Shown here: positions 11,795-24,696 of the stretch, one piece after another
Layout: every line of letters begins with the position of its first letter
How positions within the stretch are numbered: the stretch's first letter is position 1
Assembly: GCA_038087875.1 (NCBI GenBank)
Contig: JAXLNO010000600.1
Location: 310,001 to 374,000 of the forward strand
From: Malacoraja senta
Taxonomy: Eukaryota
DNA length: 64,000 bases
Reading direction: 5' to 3'
The notes under the pieces: model-generated
What the model was told of the DNA's origin: nothing
Databases searched by the model: none
What the model saw: the letters and a program-made list of their open reading frames with translations, nothing else
Translations under genes and position numbers: made by a program

Positions 11795-12630
11795 AGAGTT
11801 CAAGAGACATTTATTATCACATCCACCAATTGGTACAGTGAGATTTGAATTACCATACAGCCATACAAATAAAAAGAACACAATACACAATATAATTTAA
11901 CATGAACATCCCCACACAGCAAAATCAACGTTTCCCACTGTGAGGGAAGGCAATAAAGTTCAGTTATCTTCCTCATTGTTCACCCGTGGTCGGGGCCTTT
12001 GGGCCCTACGCATTTGCCGCAACGGCGACCCGATGTTTCAGGCCCTCTCGCCGGGATGATCGGAGCACCGGCGTCGGAACGGAGAACACTCTCACTGGCT
12101 TGGAGTTTCCGAATCGGCCACTTCTTACTGGAGACCGCGGCTCCCGAAGTCCACATGCCGAGCTGGACGTAGCTCCAACAGTGGCGATCCCCAGCAAAGA
12201 TCCGAGGCTCCGTGATGTTAAAGTCAGCGCCACCCGCAGCTGGAAGCTCCGCAAACCACAGCTCCACGGTGTTAATCAGCAGGTCAACACTCCGGAGCTC
12301 CACACGGCGATCCCTGGTAATGGCATCGCCCGCTCCGTGATGGAATCCAGTGCTGCGCCGCCGCTGAAGCTCTGGCCGGTCTCCGGCAGGAAAGGCTGCG
12401 CCAATCCAGATGGTAGGCCGCGAGGGGGGGGGGGGAAGATGCGACTCGGAGAATAGATGCATCCCGACCAGGAAGTGACTGGGAAACGGTTTCCCCCTTC
12501 CCCTCCCCACCTCCCCACATAAAGAAGACTAAGAAACCTCCAGGAACATACTTTTAAACAGACTAAAAATAACAAAAAGGGTGAAAGGATGAACAGACTG
12601 CTGGCGAGGCTGCCAGGCGCGGCACCACCC
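11795..12630 (-). mobile_element. CpG-rich non-autonomous retroelement with Rex1-like 3' tail
   Basis: Minus strand ends ...GTGATAATAAATGTCTCTTGAACTCTT like Rex1 tails in this window; GC-rich body has no credible ORF. Confidence 0.55.
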
Positions 12631-13574
12631 GATGACGATATGTTATGTATTTAGCTTGGGAACAATAAACCAAAAGAGGGATGTATTTAGTTTGGGTTTA
12701 TGTGGGAATAGACCTCCGAAAGTGTGAGGTATTTGGAGAGGGAAATTCTAATTGGAGGATGAGGGGCAGAACGTCTGGGGGAGAGAAATACAAGGATTTC
12801 CTTTCATAGCTGGAGGGTCCAATGTGCTTGTGGTCGATAAAGAAACCCATTTTCTTTTTTTATAAAGAACTAAAATATGCCACTGCTATCCTGAAGAACA
12901 TGATTATCCTTGTGGAAGATTGAAAGTTTTAATGGAATGAATAAAATGGAATACTTTATTGTCACACGCAACAAGGCACAGTGAAATGCTTTGCTTGCTT
13001 ACCCAAGGTATGCAAATAGTTGCCACGTAAACAGCGCTGACAAAGTATCCTGCGCCCGTTCCTCCTTTGCTCTCCTCCTCCTTCAGAATGGCTGCCTGGG
13101 TATTAGATGTAAGGAAAGTTTGGACAGACTTGAATTATTTTCTCTGGAGTGCCAGAGGTTGAGGGAAGGTCTTATAGAAGTATACAAAATCTTGAGGTAG
13201 ACAGTCAGAATCTTTTTCCCAGGGTGAAAATATCAAATACAAAAGGCATAGTTTTAAGGTGCAAGGGGCAACGTTGAAAGAAAAACATTGTAGACCAAAG
13301 GGCCTGTTCCTATGCTGTACTTTTCTATAAAGATCAAATAAAAATTTCAATGTTAAGGACACTTATTGCAAAATAAAATTGTGCTGGGGTGAATGATCAG
13401 CTGTTAACGAGCAGACTCGAGGGGCAGAATACCTGCTCTTTCCCATGTTCTTATGACCCTATGTCTCTGGATGATTGAATGAATGAGTAAGAAGAAAATG
13501 AATATTAGTGAAGGGCGAAAGGCAAATTTTGGGGGGCTCAACATTTTGTCCGTATTGAATGCACTCATCTTGAT

Positions 13575-14370
13575 GGGTTTTTCAAGATCTAAAGCAATCC
13601 GATTTAAAGCACTGATGTGAAGTAGATTTTATTGTCTACCTTTTACAGAACAATGTGTAGGAAGGAACTGCAGATGCTGGTTTACACCGAAGATAGACTC
13701 AAAATACTGGAGTAACTCAGCGGGACAGGCAGCAACCCTGGATAGCAGGAATGCTCTATTTGTGCTCTGAAGAAGGGTCTTGACCCAAAATTTCAACCAT
13801 TCCTTCTAATCATAGATGTTGCCTGTCCCGCGGAGTTACTCCAGCATTTTGTGTCTATCTTTTACAGAAAAATGTTTGTTAAACAGTTTTAATATCAGTA
13901 CAGTGAAAGGTTATTTAATTATCACAAAGGTGGAGGTATGCATATAGCTAATCAGATTGATCTGAGTTTGGAATTAAGTACTTTTCATAAGGGAGAAGAA
14001 CAAGGCTATGCATCTTGTGTGGCATTATTTACTATTTCCAAAGCCCTTCCTGTGCAATGTACCAATCGTATAATCTCAGCAACCGTCTGACGGTGTGCTT
14101 TTGTTTTTCTGTACTTAACAACCTTTTGGGGCACCTGCAATAATTCAGCATTATCATAATCATCCCAGCATCTCTGATGTAATTTTATTGTAGTGACATT
14201 CAGCTAGAATTGCTGAATCACGGTTGTCTCAACTCATAACTTTCATATAATTAAAAATTATTGCAACTTGCATTAATCTATTCAGTAAATTGAATATGTA
14301 CTTAAAAAAGAGACGTGTTGAAAGAGTAGAAGGGGTGAAGACCTAGGATAAAGAAGAAACAAAATAGCAA
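13575..14370 (+). repeat. Old local duplication, copy A
   Basis: Collinear similarity to 16975-18090, e.g. ATCAGATTGA(T/C)CTGAGTTTGGAAT and TAATCATCCCAGCATCT..GCTGAATCAC. Confidence 0.8.
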
Positions 14371-14537
14371 TAGGCCTAAGGTAGACAAAAATGCTGGAGA
14401 AACTCAGCGGGTGAGGCAGCATCAATGGAGCGAAGGAAATAACCAACTTTTCGGGCCAAAACCCTTCTTCAGACTGAAATAGGCCTAGTCTGCATATTGC
14501 TCAGCCACTAAAATAAAGGACAATCTTTTATTTAGTA

Positions 14538-16078
14538 GAAATAAGGAACTGCAGGTGCTAGTTTACAAAGTGCTGGAGTAACTGAGTGGGTCATGCAACA
14601 TCTCGAGAATATGGACAGGTTACATTTTGGGACAGGACCCTTCTTCAGACTGATTGTGGTGGGGTTGGGGGGGGGTGGTGTTGACGGGAAGACACCTGGC
14701 AAGTGTTAGGTGGATACAGATAAACGGGGGGGTGTTGGAAAGCAGATGGTTGGACAAAGGCCAGAGATGAAAAGACAGAAGGTGTGAGAGAAAAGGATTG
14801 AAGGGTTACAAATTGTGGAGCTAGAATATGGAAGTAGGTGGAAGGGGAAGGGGGGGAGAGAAATAGATGCGAGTCCAGGTGGGGCATAGGGGAGAGAGTG
14901 CGGAGGTAGAAAGGAGGAAGAGGGCGGGGTTTGTAGTTACCAAAAAGCGGGAAATCCAATGTACACCCCGCTGGGTTTCAAGCCACCCAACGGGATTTGC
15001 ATGATGATCCTCTTGTTTGCGTATGGCCTCACTCTGGCAATGGGGGAGGCCCAGGACAGAAAGGTCAGTGTGGAAAGTTAATATAGTTGGCAACAGGAAA
15101 CTCCAGCAGGCCACGGTGAACCAATCGTAAGTGTTCAATGAAACGGTCGCTGTGTAGGTTTGGTCTCGCTGATGTACAGGAGGCCATAATCCAAGTGAGT
15201 CTGATGTCAGGGTGGAAGTTAGCGGTGAAGGTAATGAAACCTATGAGTTCTGCACGTGAATAGGATGCAGCCCCGATGCGTCATCGATGTAGCAGAGAAA
15301 AATATGGGGGATGGTTCCAGTGTACATTTGGAACAAGGATGTAACCAAGAAAAATACAGGCATCGATGGGGTCCATGCGAGTGCCCAAGGCTACTCCTTT
15401 AATTTGAAAAATATGAGAGTAGTCTAAAGTGAAGTTGTTGAGGGTGAGGACTAGTGCTGCCAAGCGGAGGGAAATTGATTGTATCTCTGTTCAAAGAAAA
15501 ACTGGAGGGCCTTGAGGGCATGAAGATGTAAAGGGACGGGACTAACTCCACCACGGTGAAGATGGGGCAATGGGGGCCTAGAAATATAACATTGTTGAAG
15601 GGCATGTGAGATGTCTCGAATGTAGGTCGGAAGGGAATGGATAAGGGGGGGATAGGATGCATTCAATGTATTTGGAGATGAGTTCTGTGGGGCAGGAGCA
15701 GGCAGAAACAATGGGTCTGCCAAGGCAGTCCTGTTTGTGGATTTTGGGATGGAGATCGAAGCGGCTGGGCAACGATAAGGTTGGTGGCTGTGGAGGGGAG
15801 ATTGCCAGAGGTGATGAGATCAGAGACAGTCTGATAGATAATGGCCTGGTGTTTGTCTGTGGATCATATTCGAGGGGTAGGTCTGAGGAGGTGTCTGAGA
15901 GCTAGCCCCCGCCCTTAGCACGGTGGAGGTCAGCCTGCCAATTTACAACGCATCTCCCCCGTCAGCCTCCCCACCACAATCAGTCTGAAGAAGGGTCCCG
16001 ACCCGAAACGTCACCTATCCACGTTCTCCGGAGATGTTGCCTGAACCCGCTAAGTTACTCCAACACTTTGTGTCATCT
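14538..16078 (-). mobile_element. Penelope-like element (PLE), degenerate, with inverted terminal pLTR fragments
   Basis: RT remnants HPKIHKQDCLGRPIVSACSCPTELIS and QIKGVALGTRM; pLTR pieces at 14538-14655 (-) and 15975-16078 (+). Confidence 0.85.
15985..16015 (+). ncRNA. Minimal hammerhead ribozyme core in Penelope pLTR (representative copy)
   Basis: CUGAAGA-A-GGGU(CCCG)ACCC-GAAA-C-GUC; helix I is weak. Confidence 0.55.
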
Positions 16079-16364
16079 TTTACTTAGTACCGTTTTCAAC
16101 ATAATTTTTATTCATCCATTAGATCAAAATCTTCCATAATTTTAAGGGCCACAGGAGAAAAAAACGTCAGTCTTATGATCGTATGTAGACATAAAATGCT
16201 GGAGTAACAGCAGGACAGGCAGCATCTCTGGAGAGAAGGAATTGGCGTTTCGGGTCGAGACCCTTCAGACGTCACTGGTGTGAAGGAATAAGATGTAAAT
16301 GAATATTAATGAAGAGCTAAAGGCAGATTTTTGAAAATTGGCCGTGCTGTATGCATGCATTAAC

Positions 16365-16960
16365 ATAGAGTCATAGAGTGATACAGCGTGGAAACAGGCC
16401 CTTCGGCCCAACTCGCCCACACCAGCCAACAATGTCCCAGCTACACTCGTCTCATTTGCCTGCGCCTGGTCCATATCCCTCCAAATCTGTCCTATCCATG
16501 TACCTGTCTAACTGTTTCTTAAATGATGGGATAATCCCAGCCTCAATAGACAATAGACAATAGGTGCAGGAGTAGGCCATTTGGCCCTTCGAACCAGCAC
16601 CGCCATTCAATGTGATCATGGCTGATCATCCCCAATCAGTACCCCGTTCCTGCCTTCTCCCCATATCCCCTGACTCCGCTATTTTTAAGAGCCCTATCTA
16701 GCTCTCTCTTGAAAGCAACTACCTCCTCTGGCAGCTTGTTCCATACACCCACCACCCTTTGGGTGAAAAAGTTACCCCTCGGATTCCTATTAAATCTTTT
16801 CCCCTTCACCTTGAACCTATGTCCTCTGGTCCTCGATTCCCCTAATCTGGGCAAAAGACTCTACCCGATCTATTCCTCTCATGATTTTGTATACCTCTAT
16901 AAGATGATCCCTCATCCTCCTGCGCTCCGTGGAATAGAGACCCAGCCTACTCAACCTCTC
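16365..16960 (-). mobile_element. CR1 3' fragment with a younger CR1 tail nested at ~16545-16716
   Basis: TRGHRFKVKG and WNKLPEEVV motifs; AATAGACAATAGAC tail inserted. Confidence 0.8.
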
Positions 16961-16974
16961 CCTTTTGCTCTTGA

Positions 16975-18090
16975 TGTTTTTTCAAGATTTAAAGCAATTA
17001 GCCTAAGATGCTGATTTGAAAAATAATTTATTGTCTACCTTTTGCAGAATCAGTCAATCGGTCAAAAAATTCTTTAGTATCATTAAAGTGAAGGATTCTT
17101 TTATCTTCAAGAATAGACAATATACAATAGACAATAGGTTCAGGAGTAGGCCATTCGGCCATTCGAGCCAGCACCGCCATTCAATGTGATCATGGCTGAT
17201 CATCTACAATCAATACCCCGTTCCTGCCTTCTCCCCATATCCCTTGACTCCGCTTTCTTTAAGAGGCCCATCTAGCTCTCTCTTGAAAGTATCCAGAGAA
17301 CCGGCAGAGAATTTCACAGACTCACAACTTTCTGTGTGAAAAAGTGTTTCCTCACCTCCGTTCTAAATGGCTTACCCCTTATTCTTAAACTGTGGCCCCT
17401 GGTTCTGGACTCCCCCAACATCGGGAACATGTTTCCTGCCTCTAACGTGTCCAAACCCTTAATAATCTTATATGTTTCAATAAGATCCCCTCTCATCCTT
17501 CTAAATTCCAGAGTGTACAAGCCCAGCCGCTCCATTCTCTCAGCATATGACAGTCCCGCCATCCCGGGAATTAACCTGGTAAACCTACGCTGCACTCCCT
17601 CAATAGCAAGAATGTCCTTCCTCAAATTAGGTGAAGGATTACAGTGAAGGTTTTTTTTATCTTCAAGAACCTGGAGGTGTGAGTGTTGTTGATCAGATTG
17701 ACCTGAGTTTGGAATGAAGGACTTTCATAAGAGAAAAGAACAAGGCTATACGCAAACAGTATGACAAATTTTAGTTTTTGACCCGTGTTGTGTCCAAAAC
17801 CCTTCCTGAGCAATGTACAATTGTGCAATCTCTGAAACCATCTGATGATATGCTTTTGTTTAGTTAACATACTGTTTAGGGCACATTATTGTAATCATCC
17901 CAGCATCTGTGATGTAATTTTATTGTAGTGACATTCAACTAGAATTGCTGAATCACAGTTGAAACTCATAGTGTTCATATGTTTTAAAATTATTGTTACT
18001 TGCATTAATCTGTTTGGGAAATTGAATATGTACTTGGAAATGAGGTATTGAAAGAGCAGAGGAGTGAAAAGCTCGGACAAAGAGAATAAG
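16975..18090 (+). repeat. Old local duplication, copy B (interrupted by CR1 at 17113-17630)
   Basis: Collinear with 13575-14370. Confidence 0.8.
17113..17630 (-). mobile_element. CR1 LINE 3' portion
   Basis: [20 protein letters not shown]...RMRGDLIETYKI; flanked by a GTGAAGG..TTTTATCTTCAAGAA duplication. Confidence 0.92.
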
Positions 18091-18094
18091 AACA

Positions 18095-18725
18095 GTTTAG
18101 TTTATTAATTTATTATTGTCACATGCAACAAGGTACAGTGAAAAGCTTTTTGTTTCGTGCTATCCAGTCTGTGAAAAGACTATGTATTACAATCAAGCCG
18201 TCCACAGTGTACAGATATAGGATAAAGGGTATATCATTTAGTTCAAGATAGAGTCCAGTAAAGCCCGATTAACGATAATTTGCAGGTCTCCAATGATGTA
18301 GGTGGGAGGTTGAGAGGATGATTCAATTGCCTGTTAATAGCTTGGAAGAAACTGTCCCTGAATCTGGAGGAATACATTTTCAAACTTCTGTACCTGTTGC
18401 CTGATGGAAAGAGGGAGTGACCGGGGTGAGACTAGTCCTTGATTATGCTGGTGGCCTTGCCAAGGCAGCGTGACGTGTCAATGGAGTCGATGGAAGGGAC
18501 GTTGGTTTGTGTGATGGTCTGGGCTACGTCCACAAGTCTGCAAGCTCTTGCGGTCTTGGATGGAGCTGTTCCCAAACCACGCTGTGATGCATCCCGATAA
18601 AATGCTTTCTGTAGAAAGCCCACCTGTAGACGTTGGTGAAGAAATGCTGAACTTTCTAAGCCTTCTAAGGAAGTAGAGGCGTTGGTGTGCTTTCTTGGCC
18701 ATTGCTTCGATGTGGCTGGTCATGG
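18095..18725 (-). mobile_element. Rex1/Babar-like LINE 3' fragment
   Basis: KKAHQRLYFLRRLRKF and ESILSGCITAWFGN motifs. Confidence 0.85.
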
Positions 18726-19756
18726 AAGTCTGTCCGGGCCATTTGCTTTCTGTGGGTTCATCCTCAGGAAGGCTGATCTAACTGGACAGAAGAAACAAAA
18801 ATAGAAATAAGCATAATCTAAAGTATGATCTTTTGGTTAGTATTGTGTCTTAGGCCCCCTTTGGTCACGGCTGACCATGGGTCTCCAGGGTGCTATTCCC
18901 TATATGGAGGACGCCTGTGCGTGACTTTGTTTAACGTGGAGAGACTGGTGCACAGACAGCCACCCCACAGTCCTTGACAGATCTGGGTCAGGATCCAGTG
19001 GCATGGTGACAAGGTGACAATCCACGGAGAATACTGTATACAGCTAGTATTGTATTCTAGCTGTATATTAATTGATTCCCTCAATATCCAAAAGTCTGCA
19101 GATAGTGGATTATTAGTGTTTTATTGTATTCGGTTCCATTTGATTGCAACTCGATAGCAATTTCTTTTGAGAATGAACATTTCCAAACAGGTAATTTTAT
19201 ATAAGATCTAAATAGCTGCATACTGAATATAATGTAGGCAAGGGTGTGCCAGACAATGTCTCATACTTTCTTGACTTGGCTGCTGTCCAGTATTATTACT
19301 GCAAGTTTTTTCATGGATTTCTGTGACACCGCAAGTTTTTTGCAATATCTTGAGCTTTTCCTCTAGAAATACTCTAGGATAACCTGCCTTTTCTTTGGTA
19401 TACAAGTGTTCCTCTTTGCAAGTCTCTAGAACCAGGCATGGACATCCGTTTTGTAGGAGTAGTTGTAGAAAGTAGCTTGATCTCTATCTCAAGTTCATAT
19501 TTTCATAAGTGCATAAAGTTCATACAACTTGCTCACATTGACTTCATAAGTCCATAAAGTTCATACAACTTGTTCACAATGACTCCTCTTTGAAATATAG
19601 TAGAAGGGCCAGGCTTTCCCTGATGATATGAGGCAAAAGTATATGATTAGACTGGGGAGAGATTAAAATCTGGAGAAAATGGGCAAGTAGTGAGCTGATG
19701 AAGAGAAGAGTGAGGTCGGTATTCCTAAAAGAAAAGACAAGGTATTTGAAATAAAA

Positions 19757-21875
19757 TACTTACTTGCTTACTTACTGCCTGTTATGCCTCCTGGCCTGTA
19801 GCAACGAAGGTCCTCCACTCCTGTCTGTTCTGGGCTAGCTTCTGGACACTACAGTCCTAGAAGTCCATCACGCCCAGTAGTGTTGATTCCTTCAGTTGCT
19901 GTTTCCGTAACATATTTGTTTTACGAGACAGGGTTGTTAGCCCTGTGCTCAACCCCCAACCTGGAGGACCAGTGGATCGCTCTTCGTCTCGAGATGTTCG
20001 GCGGCTGTGGCAGGGCCTGAATGCAATCACCTCTTACAAGGCAAAATCAGGAGGCAGCTCGAATGTCGGCGAAACATCACTCCCTGATGAGCTCAATGCG
20101 TTTTACGCACGCTTTGATAGGGAGAACACCGATGTGCCTTGCCGAGCCCCCATTCGCTGTGATGGTATTTCCGTCTCAGTCACAGAGGCCGACGTCAGGA
20201 AATCCTTCAGAGGGGTGAACCCCCGAAAAGCGCCTGGACCTGATGGTATACCTGGTTGTGTTCTAAAAACCTGTGCGGACCAACTGGCTGGAGTTTTTAC
20301 GGACATTTTCAACCTCTCACTTCTGAGGTCTGAGGTTCCCACCTGCTTCAAAAGGGCATCAATTATACCAGTGCCCAAGAAGAGTAAGGTGACGTGCCTC
20401 AATGACTATCGACCTGTGGCACTAACGCCTGTGGTGATGAAGTGCTTTGAGAGGTTGATCATGACGCAGATCAACTCCTACCTCGACAAAAACCTGGACT
20501 CACTGCAGTTCGCTTACCGCCACAACAGATCAACGGTTGATGCGATCTCGCTGGCCCTCCACTCCGCTCTGGACCACTTGGACAACAAAAACTCATATGT
20601 CAGGCTGTTATTCATCGATTACAGCTCGGCATTTAACACAATCATCCCCTCCAAGCTGGTTACCAAGCTCGCAGAACTGGGTCTCTGCGCATCCCTCTGC
20701 AATTGGATCCTCGACTTCCTCACTCTCAGACCACAGTCTGTTCGTATTGGTGGAAATGTGTCAGACTCGATAACAATTAGCACGGGAGCACCTCAAGGCT
20801 GCGTGCTCAGCCCCCTGCTGTACTCACTCTATACTCATGACTGCGTAGCCGGACATAGTGCGAACTCCATCATCAAGTTCGCTGACGACACCACTGTTGT
20901 GTATCACTGATGGCGATGAGTCAGAGTATAGAAGAGAGATCGAGCAACTGTCCATATGGTGCCACCACAATAACCTGGCCCTCAACACCAGCAAAACCAA
21001 GGAACTGATTGTGGACTTTGGAAGGAGTAGGATGGGGACCCACAGTCCCGTTTATATCAACGGGTCGATGGTTGAAAGGGTCAAGAGCTTCAAATTCCTG
21101 GGCGTGCACATCTCTGAAGATCTTTCCTGGTCCGAGAACACTGATGCCATTATTAAGAAAGCACATCAGCGCCTCTACTTCCTGAGAAGATTACGGAGAG
21201 TCGGTTTGTCAAGGAGGACTCTCTCTAACTTCTACAGGTGCACAGTAGAGAGCATGCTGACCGGTTGCATCGTGGCTTGGTTCGGCAACTTGAGCGCCCT
21301 GGAGAGGAAAAGACTACAAAAAGTAGTAAACACTGCCCAGTCCATCATCGGCTCTGACCTCCCTTCCATCGAGGGGATCTATCACAGTCGCTGCCTCAAA
21401 AAGGCTGGCAGTATCATCAAGGACCCACACCATCCTGGACACACACTCATCTCCCTACTACCTTCAGGTAGAAGGTACAGGAGCCTGAAGACTGCAACGA
21501 CCAGGTTCAGGAACAGCTACTTCCCCACAGCCATCAGGCTATTAAACCTGGCTCGGACATAACACTGAACTTTATTAGCCAATATTGTTATTTGCACTTT
21601 ATCAGTATATTGATTCATGTGTGTATATATTTATAGAATGCCTTGTAGTCAATGCCTTCTATGTTCTGTTGTGCTGAAGCAAAGCAAGAATTTCATTGTC
21701 CTATCAGGGACACATGACAATAAACTCACTTGACTTGACTTGACTTGACTCTACCCTTCGACCTGTCCAGCATGGGAGACCCTAACAGGAGACAAATCTC
21801 CCACTGGCATAGCTCTAGGGGTCACTGAGACACACATGCTCCCCGACCACGACAAGGTTGCAATCCATTGGGGAG
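19757..21875 (-). mobile_element. RTE-type non-autonomous element (19757-19989 plus ~21748-21875) split by a Rex1 insertion
   Basis: (TAAG)n tail; the halves rejoin as ...GGTCGAAGGGTAGAG|AGACGAAGAGCGATCCACTGG...; imperfect TSD AAATAAAATA / AAGTAAAATA; 5' HDV-like fold. Confidence 0.7.
19990..21749 (+). mobile_element. Rex1/Babar LINE, 5'-truncated, RT frameshifted near 20900
   Basis: ORFs with [35 protein letters not shown] and KKAHQRLYFLR; AATAAA plus (CTTGA)n tail. Confidence 0.95.
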
Positions 21876-22029
21876 AAAGTAAAATAGTTTGTAATGAAAC
21901 CAAAGTCCTGTGTTGGAAATATGCCGCGGGTTAGCTAGCATTTTATAAAGAGGGAGAAAATGAGTTAAGGTTACTGAGCAGGTTTGGCAGCTTCCATGGA
22001 GTGAGGAATGGTGTTACATTAACGTGTGA

Positions 22030-22384
22030 TCAACATCAAGGACAACATCAAGAACAGTCTGAAGAAATTCCACATCACATCGAGCAACTGGGAGCACATT
22101 GCACTGGACAGACGCTCCTGGAGGAAATCTGTGCAGGAAGGAGCTGCACGTCACGAAATGGAACAAAGCGGGAACAGAGCAGAGACAAAGCGACAGCACC
22201 GTAAGGAGAGAGAGAAGGGGGCTCGACGTCTACCAACCACCGCCAGTCTCCACTGCACACGTTGCTCAAAGTTGTGTGGATCGGCGATCGGCCTCTACAG
22301 ACATCTGCAGACCCACAAGTAGACGACTCAATGGAGAGGAGAGGACAGTCATACTCGTTTCCCGTGACCGCCGATGATGATGAT
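22030..22384 (+). mobile_element. RTE-clade LINE 3' end
   Basis: KDNIKNSLK..WEHIALDRRSWR..CTRCSKLCGSAIGLYRHLQTH stop, then (GAT)n tail. Confidence 0.85.
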
Positions 22385-23669
22385 TAATAATGCAGGTCCA
22401 CTATCTTGAGATCACTGCTGTGCTGCACCCTGGACTGCAATATTACTCTCAGCATGGTCCAGGGTTAGTCTTCCACTGGAAGGCCCCACTCCTAGCACAT
22501 TGCCATGACCCACACAGGGTAGTACCTCTCCCAATGATAGTGCTCAGGGAATGGAGGGATATGGATTATGCGCAGATAGATAAGCGATGATATTGTCATC
22601 ATGTTCAGCACAGATATTGTGGGGCGAAGGGCCTGTTCTTCTGCTGTACTATCTATGTTTGTTCAATATTCGTCTGCACTCATAGTCAGGCATTCACAGC
22701 TGTCACAGTTTTATTGTTTAACCATCAGTCTTAAGGCACATAAATTTCTGCATTCCTCATTTTATTTCTCAATGACCATCTTGTATTGCTGAGTTGTTTA
22801 AGAAGGAACTGCAGATGCTGGAAAATCGAAGGTAGACAAAAATGCTGGAGAAACTCAGCGGGTGAGGCAGCATCTATGGAGCGAAGGAAATAGGCGACGT
22901 TTCGGGTCGAGACCCTTCTTCCATGGACCCTGCTCTGTAGATGCTGCCTCACCTGCTGAGTTTCTCCAGCATTTTTGTCTATCTTGTATTCTCAGTATGC
23001 ACTTTCTCATGGGTGTAAATATTTTCTCTTCATCCATTTGATCAAAATCTTTCATAATATTAAATGCCTCAGGAGAAAATAACCGATCTTTTATAAAAAT
23101 CCATCATAGCTTCCATGCTTTTAAACTCTATGCCCCTGTGGATAATACCTGTTTTCTCAAACTGCTCTGCCAATTGTGAGCTGTATGTAAAAGCTCGTAT
23201 CATATTGTCCATTTGATAGCAGCATTAGCTAATATTATTTGTTTCTTGAGCTTGTTTTTGATTCATAGGGTGAATGATATGGTGTATTATAGTAACTCTA
23301 TAGAAGACGAAGTATATGTGCAAAGTAGGCACAAAATGCTGGAGTAACTCAGCGGGACAGGCGGCATCTCTGGAGAGAAGGAATGGGTGACGTTTCGGGT
23401 CGAGACACTTCTTCAGATATGTGCAGGCAGATTGTGAGAGCTAAACAAACGTTACTGCACTGAAGAAGGATCTCGACCCGAAACGTCACCCATTCCTTCT
23501 CTCCAGAGATGCTGCCTGTCCCACTGAGTTACTCCAGCTTTTTGTGCCTATCGTTGGTTTAAGCAAACATCTGCAGTTCCTTCCTGCACAAATGTTACTG
23601 CACTATCTTTTCAGATGACATCATGTAATCGTATGTGGATTAGTGCCTGACAGTATTTCTGCTTTGCAG

Positions 23670-23807
23670 GTACACTTTGGTCTGTGGATGGTACGATATT
23701 TCTGTACGTTTCTGTTGTTTGCCCTTGGATTGAAAGCACCAGGTTTGCCTCGAAGACCCTACATGGTGATCATTAATGAGGATGAACGAGATGTTGAATG
23801 CAATGAG
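23670..23807 (+). CDS. ABCB6: ABCB6 coding exon 2 (138 nt)
   Basis: VHFGLWMVRYFCTFLLFALGLKAPGLPRRPYMVIINEDERDVECNE; acceptor TTTGCAG|, donor |GTAGGT; phase 0/0. Confidence 0.93.
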
Positions 23808-24696
23808 GTAGGTGAATAATTAAAAGAGGTCTTGGATTTATGTAGCATTATTCAAAATCTTGGAACAAAGCGCTGAATTTGCAAGCATTAATACAAGATA
23901 TTAGCTGAAGAATAAAAATTAGGTAACCAATGGGATTTGTTCTGCTTTTTATTTGAAAAGAAAGGGAGACTCTTGGTTTAATATCTTGTCTGAAATACTG
24001 GGGGAGTTTAGAAACTGCTTATATAACTATCCTTGTCAAAGAACTTTTAACTGAAGAAGGGTTTCGGCCCGAAACGTTGCCCATCTCCTTCGCTCCATAG
24101 ATGCTGCTGCACCCGCTGAGTTTCTCCAGCATTTTTGTGCACCTTCGATTTTCCAGCATCTACAGTTCCTTCTTTAACAAAGAACTTTTAACTGTAGTGT
24201 GCTGTGAGATGTCACGTCTGAATATTATCATGGTGTAACTATATAGTGACTTTGCACTTGAAAAAAAAAAAAATATTAATAGGATAATTTATTTATTTCT
24301 CAAGATTGAGTGTATAGTTATTTGAGTTGGAGGCAGAAAATGGAGTTGGGTTCCAATTAGGTATTCTTTTTTTCTTAATATTTTATAGGTGTCTATAAAC
24401 GCTTTTAGATATTCTAAGTGGCAGGGTGTGACAAGTGATGAAATTATGTTGGGGATTGCACCATTCAGCTTGCATAACCTTTTAGAAGATGTGTTAGAAA
24501 GCCACCTGCCCTGATTTATCAGTAACACAAAGGTAGGTGATATTGTATGCAGCCTTCAAAGTGAATTGGATAAATATGGAACTATGGTGAAAGTTGAGGG
24601 AGACTTGCACACTGTGGCACTGTGTTTAGGTTTCTGCGTCTCTGGTGCTATGAGGCAGCAGCTTTACCAGCTGTGTCGCTGTGCTACCCAACATTT

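Noticed and set aside
11980..12510. 156-176 aa ORFs on both strands
   Set aside because: GC-rich repeat with no recognisable domain or splice context
14157..14226. C/D box snoRNA in the duplicated core
   Set aside because: C box is imperfect (TGATGT), the C-to-D distance is only ~45 nt and there is no terminal stem
18850..19022. Possible third ribozyme in a short retroelement-like fragment
   Set aside because: Looks like a partial non-LTR derivative, but I could not build an HDV or hammerhead fold from it
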